A stretch of DNA of 18,337 nt. Origin: Thermovirgaceae bacterium. Its GTDB lineage: Bacteria; Synergistota; Synergistia; Synergistales; Thermovirgaceae. A model generated the notes under the pieces. The model was not told where the DNA came from. It ran no database searches and was given only the letters and a program-made list of their open reading frames with translations. The stretch lies in the NCBI GenBank assembly GCA_046542505.1, contig JBKHBH010000036.1, positions 1-18,337 on the forward strand, in the 5' to 3' direction. Positions 8,467 to 16,105 of the stretch are shown here, in pieces. The number at the start of each line of letters is the position of its first letter. Position 1 is the stretch's first letter. The position numbers and the translations under genes are program-made.

Positions 8467-9423
8467 TTACCAGTTTCCCGCAAAGACCGTTCCCTCGGAG
8501 GTTATTTCCACCAGGCTGTGGGAGAAAACAGCCCGCAGGACGTGGTCCTTTTCTTTTTCGATGGTGACACGGGTTGTGTCCGGGCCTCCCAGCACAGGCT
8601 CTCCGCCTGTTTCGAGAACAACATCGATGCGGTTTTCGTCCGCCAGGCCCCGGGTTTTGCCTTCGCCTGAAAGAAGCAGGGCCAGAGCGAGAGCCACGCT
8701 TCCCGTTCCACAGGCTGGTTCGATGTGGCCCGTGGTGATGCTGTGGGGATAGAGGGCACGCAAATGGCCTGACCCGGAACTCAGACCGTCATACAGCGAA
8801 AAGTGAAGGCTGCCGCTGCCTGTGACACGATGGAATGCGCGTTGCAGCCCGACCAGGACATCCCTGGCTTTAGGATTCATTCTGTCGAAGTCCGCGTCAG
8901 GATGCTTCTTTCGGACTTTTTCCGCGTCAAGGACGAGGTACATGCCTGACTGAAAGGCCGGTATCCCGTCAAGGCTGACGGGCTTCGTGCCGATCTTTTG
9001 GAGAAGCCGGGCGAATCCGGCAAGGTCGCTGCCGGTGATGAAGGTTCCTCCAGCCGTTTGTCCGATTTCAAGCGGGGTTTCTCCCGATTCCGTCTCGAGA
9101 ATAATGGTGCCCCCGGTCCCGGCGGTTTCCAGTCCGAAACGTTCAGCCCAGTTGGTTGTGGCGAAAGCCAGTCCTGCTACCTGGGTGAACCCGCCGCAGG
9201 CCGGGATGTAATCCTTGTTGGTGATATCGGCAATAAGGGCCTTCACATGGCCGGGTTCTTGAGACGGGAAGAGCACTCCTGCCTGGTGCCCCCAAAGTCT
9301 GAGAGGCCCCAGCGCCTCCAGGGCGGCCTCGAGAATCTTCTGCCTGCTGCCTGAGACCTGCCGTCCATCGAGCAGAAGTATCAGGTTTCCCCCCATGTGT
9401 CCCTTCAGATAATCCAGCTTCAC
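8467..9423 (-). CDS. Divergent DapF/proline-racemase-fold protein (putative PLP-independent racemase/epimerase)
   Basis: GTG start after GAGGAGGT. N-terminal K..MGGN motif and two Cys-Gly motifs (IPACGG, Cys76; EPACGTGS, Cys238) at positions matching a two-Cys racemase dyad. Lacks the DapF-specific GNDF and ERG motifs. Confidence 0.7.
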   Translation of the reverse strand: MKLDYLKGHMGGNLILLLDGRQVSGSRQKILEAALEALGPLRLWGHQAGVLFPSQEPGHVKALIADITNKDYIPACGGFTQVAGLAFATTNWAERFGLETAGTGGTIILETESGETPLEIGQTAGGTFITGSDLAGFARLLQKIGTKPVSLDGIPAFQSGMYLVLDAEKVRKKHPDADFDRMNPKARDVLVGLQRAFHRVTGSGSLHFSLYDGLSSGSGHLRALYPHSITTGHIEPACGTGSVALALALLLSGEGKTRGLADENRIDVVLETGGEPVLGGPDTTRVTIEKEKDHVLRAVFSHSLVEITSEGTVFAGNW

Positions 9424-9609
9424 CGGAACGACCTCCTCATGTCCAGGAATGCGTTCATTTTAAACGCTTTTTGTCAAATTGACCTTGCGGGTTTTCGCCA
9501 GAGTATATCGTTATGGTGCTCTGGACAAACCGTGCAGAAAAGTGCAATATAGACCGCAAACCCCAAAGGGTAATAATATTCAGATATATATATCAGGGAG
9601 GGTATGAGG

Positions 9610-11298
9610 ATGACCAGGAAGGTTCTCATTATCGGGGGAGTCGCCTGCGGCGGAAAGACGGCAGCCCGACTCATGAGAGTCGACCCCGAAGCGCAAGTGA
9701 CCATTCTCGAAAAAGGTGACTACCTGAGTTACGCGGGGTGCGGACTCCCGTATTACGTAGGAGGGGTTGTGAAGGAGTACAAGGACCTGATGAGCACCCC
9801 CATCGGTGTGATCAGGGACGCGACCTTTTTCAGAAAGGTCAAGCACGTGGATGTCCACACCGGCCATATGGCGACGAAGATCGACAGAACGAACCGTATC
9901 GTTACGGCGCTGGACGTTGCTTCCGGGGAGGAGAAATCTTTTCCTTATGACAAGCTTGTAATCGCGACGGGAGCATCTCCCATCAGGCCACCCATCCCGG
10001 GCGCCGATCTCCCGAGGGTTTTCACCCTGTGGAACATGCCCGATGCCCTGGCCATGCGTTCGGCAATTGACAGCGGGAATGTGAAGCGGGCCGTCATCAT
10101 CGGCGGAGGGCTCATCGGGATGGAAGTTGTGGAAGCGTTGTGTAACCAGGGACTTGAAGTGTCAGTCGTAGACCTTTTGGAAACGCCCCTGCCGGCCATG
10201 ATGGACAAGGAATTCGGCACATACCTTCTGAACGCGCTCAAGGCCAGGGGCGTCACCTTCTACGGCGGCGAAAAGGTTGAAGAAATCGTCGGCTGCAACG
10301 CCGAACTTTCGGCCGTCAAAACGGACAAACGGGAAATCCCCGCCGATATGGTACTTATGGCCGTGGGTGTTCGTCCCAATACCTCCGTGGCGAAAGATGC
10401 GAACCTTCAGGTCGGTGAAAAGGGCGGAATCGTGGTGGATGCCCACATGCGAACCAGCGACCCCGACATCTTTGCCGGGGGAGACTGTGTCGAAGTGGAT
10501 CACGTCTTGACGGGCAAGAAAACCTGGCAGCCCATGGGCTCCGTAGCGAACCGCCAGGGACGAGTGATCGCCGACAACATTGCGGGTATTTCCTCGACCT
10601 TCCACGGCGTGGCCGGGACGGCCATCATGAAGGCCTTCGAGTACACCATCGGGAAGACAGGGCTCACAAAAGAACAGGCCCGGGATGAAGGGTTTGACGC
10701 AGAGGCGGTAACCATAGTCGACGCCGATACGCCGCATTTCATGCCCGGTTCTGCCCCGATAACCATCAGGCTTGTGGCTGACAGGAAATCCCGAAAGGTC
10801 CTCGGCGGCCAGGTATTCGGCCCTGGAAGGGCAGACAAGCGCCTCGATATCCTGGTGACAGCCGTGACAGGTGGCCTGACCATCGATATGCTCGGGAACA
10901 CCGACGTGGCCTATGCTCCGCCCTATTCGACGGCGCTGGATCCCGTTACTCATGCCGCCAATTCACTCAAAAACAAGCTCGACGGAATGATGAAGTCTCT
11001 CAGCCCGTCGGAATTGCTGAAAAGGCTCGATGAAGGGTGGTACCCCGTCCTTCTGGATGTGAGAACGCCCGATGAAATCAGCACTCAGGGACAGCTCCCC
11101 TTCGACTGTGTCAACATCCCCCTCGGCATGCTCTGGGAAAAGGCGGCGGAACTCCCGAAAGACAGGGAGATCGTCACCTATTGCAAGATTTCCGTGCGCG
11201 GCTGGGATGCCTATGCAATTTTGTCGCGACTCGGGTTCGATCGGGTTTTTGTCCTGGAAGGTGGCACCGCGGGATGGCCCTTTGAAATGAGAAAATAA
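9610..11298 (+). CDS. CoA-disulfide reductase/NADH oxidase family flavoprotein fused to a C-terminal rhodanese domain
   Basis: IIGGVACG FAD motif, SYAGCGLPY redox Cys, ATGA, IIGGGLIG NAD(P)H motif, FAGGDC, YAPP; rhodanese LLDVRTP...YCKISVR...LEGG. ATG 9610 is better spaced from AGGGAGG than ATG 9604. Confidence 0.92.
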   Translation: MTRKVLIIGGVACGGKTAARLMRVDPEAQVTILEKGDYLSYAGCGLPYYVGGVVKEYKDLMSTPIGVIRDATFFRKVKHVDVHTGHMATKIDRTNRIVTALDVASGEEKSFPYDKLVIATGASPIRPPIPGADLPRVFTLWNMPDALAMRSAIDSGNVKRAVIIGGGLIGMEVVEALCNQGLEVSVVDLLETPLPAMMDKEFGTYLLNALKARGVTFYGGEKVEEIVGCNAELSAVKTDKREIPADMVLMAVGVRPNTSVAKDANLQVGEKGGIVVDAHMRTSDPDIFAGGDCVEVDHVLTGKKTWQPMGSVANRQGRVIADNIAGISSTFHGVAGTAIMKAFEYTIGKTGLTKEQARDEGFDAEAVTIVDADTPHFMPGSAPITIRLVADRKSRKVLGGQVFGPGRADKRLDILVTAVTGGLTIDMLGNTDVAYAPPYSTALDPVTHAANSLKNKLDGMMKSLSPSELLKRLDEGWYPVLLDVRTPDEISTQGQLPFDCVNIPLGMLWEKAAELPKDREIVTYCKISVRGWDAYAILSRLGFDRVFVLEGGTAGWPFEMRK

Positions 11299-11303
11299 CG
11301 ACC

Positions 11304-11347
11304 ACAAAAAGAGCCTTCCCGTGAGATCACGGGAAGGCTCTTTTTGT
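11304..11347. terminator. Bidirectional intrinsic terminator between convergent genes
   Basis: Perfect 21-bp inverted repeat ACAAAAAGAGCCTTCCCGTGA-GA-TCACGGGAAGGCTCTTTTTGT, giving a U-tract on both strands. Confidence 0.92.
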
Positions 11348-11370
11348 CTTTCCGCAGTAAAGCTCCGGCT

Positions 11371-12858
11371 CTACTTTGGCGGTTCCTTGACGGGCTCGCC
11401 ATTCGGGCCGATGTAGCGACGACCGAAGCCCGTCAGTGCCGCGATGAGCATGACGATGACAAGGAACCATCCATGGAACACATAAGGGACCACTTCGACG
11501 GGGTTGACAGCAGAGATGAATTCATACTCGCTTGTCAGACCCTGGATGGTGGAAATTCCCAGAAGCGTGCCTCCGGCCCAGGGGAAGATATATCCCAGCG
11601 CCGACGTCATGGCGTCAAGGAAGTTGGCCCGCCTGTACGGGTGGATTTTCATGGAAACGCCAATTTCATAGACAAAGGGAGCCGCGAGGATCTCGGCGGC
11701 GGTGTTGATGGTGATGAGGGAATTCAAAACACCGACCAGTGCCCATATGGCGATTTCGGCTCTCCTTGCGACACCCTGTATTTTTGACATGGTGAACTTC
11801 CTCAGGGCTTCCATCGTGCCGCCCAGGTTGATGATGTACCCGCAGGCGACGACGAGAAGGATCAGGACCGCCATGTTGACATATCCCAGGATCCCGTCCA
11901 GTAATGCACCTTCCACGGTGCCCTCGGCAAGATTGAACCAGAGAATGTCGCGCATGGACCCCAGTCCGGCGACAAGAATGAGGATACATGCCGAAATGAT
12001 GCCCCACGTCAGTGATGTGATCAGGTGATGTCCCTTGAAGGCTATGATCAAAACCAGAGCGAAGGGGACCAGAAGAACGAGTCCCTCAGGTTGTCCGAGA
12101 GCGCCCACGTCGACTGCCGCCTGCTGTGTTTCACCGCCTCCCCCGAAGAGCATGAAGGCGATTATCGCCGGAATGGCGGCTGCGATGGCATAGCGGAAAC
12201 GGGATTTGACGACGCCAATGATGTCCGTTTCCTGGGTGACCGCCGAAACGATGGTGGTGTCCGATACGGGGGCCAGGTTGTCGCCGAAGGCCGCACCGCT
12301 GAGGATCGCTCCGAGGAGAACGACGGGATGGCTTCCCATGGCGACTCCCGCCGGATACATGAGCATGCAGAATGCCACGGTGGTCCCGTACCCGGTTCCG
12401 ACGGCCGTTGCAAAGAGCGCCGACAGAAGGAAGGTCACAACGGTGAACATGGCTCCCTGCACACCGGTCCGAAACCCTATCCAGACAAGCCCCTCAACGA
12501 GGCCGCCTGCCTGGAGAACCGAAGCGAACATGCCCGCCCAGAACCAGGCGACGATAGCGACAACACCGACGGTCTGCGTCATGCCTTCGAAAATCCCCTG
12601 GGCATAATCTTTCCACGGGGAGAGGCACAGGAACATGCCGATGGCAAGACCCAGTACGCCGCCCATGATAAGGCCCTGTTCGGTCACGATGTCCAGGACG
12701 CTGAGCGTAACAGCCCAAATCATGAAAAAGAGCATCGGGACAGCCGCCCCGAAATGACCCAGGCGGAAGTCAAGATGCGTTACCGTGTTTCCGTTGTTCT
12801 GGTTCCCTCCCTGGCTTTTGCTCGGTGCGTCCGTGTTTTGTCTCTTTTCTGGAGACAT
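11371..12858 (-). CDS. NhaC-family Na+/H+ antiporter-like transporter (probably amino acid/solute transport)
   Basis: Polytopic membrane protein with ATAVGTGYGT and SGAAFGDNLAPVSDTT NhaC motifs. Start at ATG 12858 after AAAGGAGGTG. Confidence 0.87.
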   Translation of the reverse strand: MSPEKRQNTDAPSKSQGGNQNNGNTVTHLDFRLGHFGAAVPMLFFMIWAVTLSVLDIVTEQGLIMGGVLGLAIGMFLCLSPWKDYAQGIFEGMTQTVGVVAIVAWFWAGMFASVLQAGGLVEGLVWIGFRTGVQGAMFTVVTFLLSALFATAVGTGYGTTVAFCMLMYPAGVAMGSHPVVLLGAILSGAAFGDNLAPVSDTTIVSAVTQETDIIGVVKSRFRYAIAAAIPAIIAFMLFGGGGETQQAAVDVGALGQPEGLVLLVPFALVLIIAFKGHHLITSLTWGIISACILILVAGLGSMRDILWFNLAEGTVEGALLDGILGYVNMAVLILLVVACGYIINLGGTMEALRKFTMSKIQGVARRAEIAIWALVGVLNSLITINTAAEILAAPFVYEIGVSMKIHPYRRANFLDAMTSALGYIFPWAGGTLLGISTIQGLTSEYEFISAVNPVEVVPYVFHGWFLVIVMLIAALTGFGRRYIGPNGEPVKEPPK

Positions 12859-13011
12859 CGTCCCACCTCCTTTATTTTTTCCCCATACGCCAGGCTCCCG
12901 AATAGCACCCAGGCCGGTCGGCAGCATCGTACAGGGTTATGGGAATAAATGAAATGGAAGACGGTGCGCCTGATACGGCACAAGCGTCTCCGTCGTCGCA
13001 GCGAGCGTGAT

Positions 13012-13027
13012 TGCAAGGGTTTTGCCG
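13012..13027 (-). promoter_or_regulatory. Putative sigma54 (-24/-12) promoter for the NhaC-family gene
   Basis: Minus strand CGGCAAAACCCTTGCA: GG-N10-GC spacing with TTGCA, close to the consensus TGGCAC-N5-TTGCW. Confidence 0.65.
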
Positions 13028-13210
13028 GAAGGTTTTGGTGTTGTTGGGTGTTTGCAGGTTGATTTTTCTTTTGTACGGCAGATCGAAGTCAGCAAGATTT
13101 GTAAACTATTTTGTTGCCAAGTTTCCTTATAATGATATCAAGGGTTCTGGCGGCAGACAAGGCAAAATAGACGCTGATCATTTCTCGGGAGTTTTTGTGC
13201 AGGAGGGCTT

Positions 13211-14809
13211 ATGGCAGAGAAAAAATTTTATCCGTGGCAGCTCAATGCTTTTGACAGCCTTCGAGGCAGGGATGGTGTTCTCGCGGCCCCCACAGGGTCC
13301 GGGAAGACCTGGGTCGCCTACTTGTGGGCGGGACTTTTGGACCTTGACGGAAATGTGATTCACCCAGGCGGACGGCGGATCATTTTTACGGCGCCGATCA
13401 AGGCCCTGAGCAACGAACGTTATCTGGACCTCAGGAAAATGGGTCTTGACGTCGGTATTGAAACGGGAGATTTCAAGAAAAACGAAGAAGCGCCGATCAT
13501 TTGCTGTACCCAGGAGATCTACACCTTGAAATATGCGGGAAGGCCTAACCTCTCGGTCATTGTGGACGAGTTCCACTACATCTTCGGTGATCCCGAGCGG
13601 GCCAGAACGTACATCGAGGGGCTCAGAGACACGCACCCGGAATCCCGGCTGCTCGTCATGTCGGCCACCTTCGGGGGGACCCGTGACGTGGGAAGGTACC
13701 TCGCACGGGTTACCGGCCGCGATTTCAGCGTTTACGAAGGCAAGGAACGCGTGACCGATCTTGTTTTCCTCCCCAGAAGACCCTTCAGGCTGGAAGGGAT
13801 TCACGATGCCCTTGTTTTTGTGTTTTCCCAGAAAGGTGCCGTCGACCTCGCCTACAAGGCCGCAAGAAAGAGAAAAAGACGCGGCCGGTCTTTCAGAAAA
13901 CGACTTTATGACCTGGCAGACATTCTTGACGTCCCCAAGGTGCATATGCCGCTCTTGCGCGGGGTGGGAGTCTATCACGGCGGCATGCTTCCGAAGGAAA
14001 AGCTGCTCGTGGAGGCGGCCTTCAGGGAAAGGATCCTGGACGTTGTGGTTGGGACAAACGCCCTGGCGCTTGGGGTGAACCTGCCGGCGGAATACGCTGT
14101 TTTCGCGCAGCTTGTCAGGTACCATGACAGGGAGCCCATTTCGAAGAACGATTTTCTCCAGATGGCGGGACGTGCGGGGAGGAAGGGCCTTTTCGACACG
14201 GGCTACGTGACGTGGCTCAAGGATTCCCCCTACGAACAGCGCAAGGCGAACACGGGGGCGGTTTTCAAAAAACTGGTCAAGGCGCCCCCGGAAAGGGCCT
14301 TCGTCAATCTCCAGCCCGATTACGGAAAACTCCTAAAAAAACAGAGAACAGTCGCTGATGAAGCGAAATTCATCGCGGAATATTCGCTTCCTCCGATGGA
14401 TGTCTCGATTGTTGAATCGGAATTGCGTCGGGGACTCAAATATATTGACCGGTCGGTGAAGGACATGGTCTCCTCGGGTGAGCGAGAGCGATTCAAATCG
14501 GTGCTTGCAGATATCTGGTACGGAGAAATGGAGATAGGTGAGAACCTTGAAATGGCGCAGCTGTTTTATTGGGACGGCAAGGCGGATGCCCTTACGGCAG
14601 CGCAGGTCATAAATCTCTTCGAGAAAAATTATCTGAAGGCGCTCCTCAAGGTCAAGCGCTTTGCCAATCATCTTCCCCGAGGATATGAAATAGTCGGGAT
14701 GCACTATCTGGATCGCACAGTGGAGGAAATCGATGGGACGATTTACGGTTTCGAGGAAAAGATTCGAGAAATCGAATGGAGTGGAGCCGCTGGAAGTGGG
14801 CCGGAATAA
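13211..14809 (+). CDS. Ski2-like SF2 DEAD/DEAH-box helicase
   Basis: Motif I APTGSGKT, Ia TAPIKALSNE, Ib CTQEI, II DEFH, III SAT, YHGGM, V TNALALGVNLPA, VI QMAGRAGRKG. AGGAGG RBS; TATAAT at 13128-13133. Confidence 0.93.
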   Translation: MAEKKFYPWQLNAFDSLRGRDGVLAAPTGSGKTWVAYLWAGLLDLDGNVIHPGGRRIIFTAPIKALSNERYLDLRKMGLDVGIETGDFKKNEEAPIICCTQEIYTLKYAGRPNLSVIVDEFHYIFGDPERARTYIEGLRDTHPESRLLVMSATFGGTRDVGRYLARVTGRDFSVYEGKERVTDLVFLPRRPFRLEGIHDALVFVFSQKGAVDLAYKAARKRKRRGRSFRKRLYDLADILDVPKVHMPLLRGVGVYHGGMLPKEKLLVEAAFRERILDVVVGTNALALGVNLPAEYAVFAQLVRYHDREPISKNDFLQMAGRAGRKGLFDTGYVTWLKDSPYEQRKANTGAVFKKLVKAPPERAFVNLQPDYGKLLKKQRTVADEAKFIAEYSLPPMDVSIVESELRRGLKYIDRSVKDMVSSGERERFKSVLADIWYGEMEIGENLEMAQLFYWDGKADALTAAQVINLFEKNYLKALLKVKRFANHLPRGYEIVGMHYLDRTVEEIDGTIYGFEEKIREIEWSGAAGSGPE

Positions 14810-14844
14810 AACAGGCGGCGGCAGAATGGAGCTGCCGTCGCCTG
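14805..14844 (-). terminator. Terminator-like hairpin between the convergent helicase and Ntn-hydrolase genes
   Basis: 13-bp GC-rich inverted repeat CAGGCGGCGGCAG/CTGCCGTCGCCTG (one mismatch, 7-nt loop), followed on the minus strand by TTTTATT. Confidence 0.65.
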
Positions 14845-14873
14845 CGGTGGGTCAGATCAGGACCCGGATTGTG

Positions 14874-15785
14874 TTAACTGTCGTTTCGTGCTGCAGATGC
14901 TGTGCGTACGCCCCAGAATTCGGCGTCGAGGCTTCCTGAGTAAGCGCGAAAATCTTCTCCGGGGTCTTTCATCTTGACGTAGAGTTCCGGAGAGCCCTCT
15001 TTCGGAATGGCGATAATCCATGTGGCCACAGTCCGGGATTTCCGCGAGTCGCTTCCGGTTCTGAAAACGCTGTTGTCGGTGCCGGCGTTTCGGTCTTCGC
15101 TGAATGTGACGAAATCTTCCATTGCGAGTTGTCCCTGCCGGTCCGAGAGAAGACTCGTTATCCGCTCGTAGCGGGTTTTGCTGCTTTTCGAAGCGCGGTC
15201 GTTGAACCACTTGAGCTCGGAAGAAACGTAGTGGTTCGTCTGGGCGAGGAACCCGTTGTCGATGACCCTGACGGCCGTCTTGCCGTCGGGCGCCCCTTCG
15301 AAGACGGCAACCTTCCGGGCGTCGGCAACCATATAATACGATGAGCGGGTGAACCGGTCTTTCTGGGCGATAACTTCGTCAACGGTGGCGTAGGATGTGA
15401 GAATTTCGTTGGACGAAATAGGATCTCCGCCGTCAGCGCTTCGATCGTTTTTCGGGATGACCGAAGCAGTAGCCGTAACGACGGCCAGACCCTTTTCGTT
15501 GATTCCGCCCTTGAGCCCGGGGCTGTCTCCATCAAAGGCAAAAAGCCCAAGATATGAATATCCCTCACGAGACCTGACCTGCTGCAGGGCATGGCTTTGC
15601 CCCGGTTTCCAGTCCCTGTTTTTGGCCAGGATGGTGTATCCTTCGGCTGTCCCGGAACCCGTTGCCGCCCACAATGTGCAGGCTTCGATGGGCGCGGCCC
15701 ACATGAGGAAGACAAAAAGAAGGATGGCCGCAAGGACTCTTTTTGCTCCGATACGTTCAATAAGTTTTCTTCTGACTGGCTTCAT
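14874..15785 (-). CDS. Secreted C45-like Ntn-hydrolase (acyl-CoA:6-APA acyltransferase/carcinine hydrolase family)
   Basis: Basic plus hydrophobic signal peptide ending PIEA, then CTLW (Cys36, N-terminal nucleophile), AKNRDW, GINEKGL, QTNHY, SSKTRY. Start placed at ATG 15785 (AGGAG at 15796-15800); the longer ORF runs into the riboswitch. Confidence 0.82.
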   Translation of the reverse strand: MKPVRRKLIERIGAKRVLAAILLFVFLMWAAPIEACTLWAATGSGTAEGYTILAKNRDWKPGQSHALQQVRSREGYSYLGLFAFDGDSPGLKGGINEKGLAVVTATASVIPKNDRSADGGDPISSNEILTSYATVDEVIAQKDRFTRSSYYMVADARKVAVFEGAPDGKTAVRVIDNGFLAQTNHYVSSELKWFNDRASKSSKTRYERITSLLSDRQGQLAMEDFVTFSEDRNAGTDNSVFRTGSDSRKSRTVATWIIAIPKEGSPELYVKMKDPGEDFRAYSGSLDAEFWGVRTASAARNDS

Positions 15786-15881
15786 GATTCTGACGCTCCT
15801 GTTTTTCGAAACGGGACGCGTCCGGGTCTTTCGCAAACCTGCTGCCTCTGGAATCTTTGGGGAATCTTCCTGGAAGGCGTG

Positions 15882-15910
15882 AAAAAGCCTTCGGGAATTT
15901 TCCCGAAGGC
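15882..15910 (-). terminator. Intrinsic terminator (expression platform) of the downstream riboswitch
   Basis: Minus strand GCCTTCGGGAA-AA-TTCCCGAAGGC-TTTTTC. Confidence 0.85.
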
Positions 15911-15920
15911 AAAGAAACGG

Positions 15921-16012
15921 TGCCTTCGGCAGCTCGGCGGTCATGGCCTTTTTCAGGCTTTAGACCCGTAGCTTTGCGTCATCGCCTTTCAGCGATTTTG
16001 CCGTTTCGGGCA
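15921..16012 (-). ncRNA. c-di-GMP-I (GEMM) riboswitch aptamer, downstream copy
   Basis: Minus strand TGCCCGAAACGGCAAAATCGCT-GAAA-GGCGATGACGCAAAGCTACGGGTCTAAAGCCTGAAAAAGGCCATGACCGCCGAGCTGCCGAAGGCA. It has GGCAAA, GNRA-capped P2, GACGCAAAGC, the CTAA/ATG tetraloop receptor and a 3' GCCG. Confidence 0.93.
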
Positions 16013-16045
16013 TATTTTTTCTTTCAAAGGTGCGCGGAAGGCGTT

Positions 16046-16091
16046 AAAAAAAACGGTGCCTTCCGGAATCTTCATCCGAAAGGCACCGTTT
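16046..16091 (-). terminator. Intrinsic terminator (expression platform) of the upstream riboswitch
   Basis: Minus strand AAACGGTGCCTTTCGGA-TGAAGAT-TCCGGAAGGCACCGTTT-TTTTT. The single non-Watson-Crick pair is U.G only on the minus strand. Confidence 0.88.
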
Positions 16092-16105
16092 GGAAACATT
16101 TTAAT

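Noticed and set aside
10162..10953. 263-aa minus-strand ORF
   Set aside because: Antisense shadow of the CoADR-rhodanese gene.
12025..12948. 307-aa plus-strand ORF
   Set aside because: Antisense to the NhaC gene; composition typical of a shadow of a hydrophobic protein.
12859..13010. Lysine, SAM, glycine riboswitch or T-box upstream of the NhaC gene
   Set aside because: None of their conserved signature sequences could be found by eye.
13178..14125. 315-aa minus-strand ORF
   Set aside because: Antisense shadow of the helicase.
15786..15944. 53-aa N-terminal extension of the Ntn-hydrolase ORF
   Set aside because: It overlaps aptamer 2 and its terminator; ATG 15785 has an RBS and puts the signal peptide at the N-terminus.
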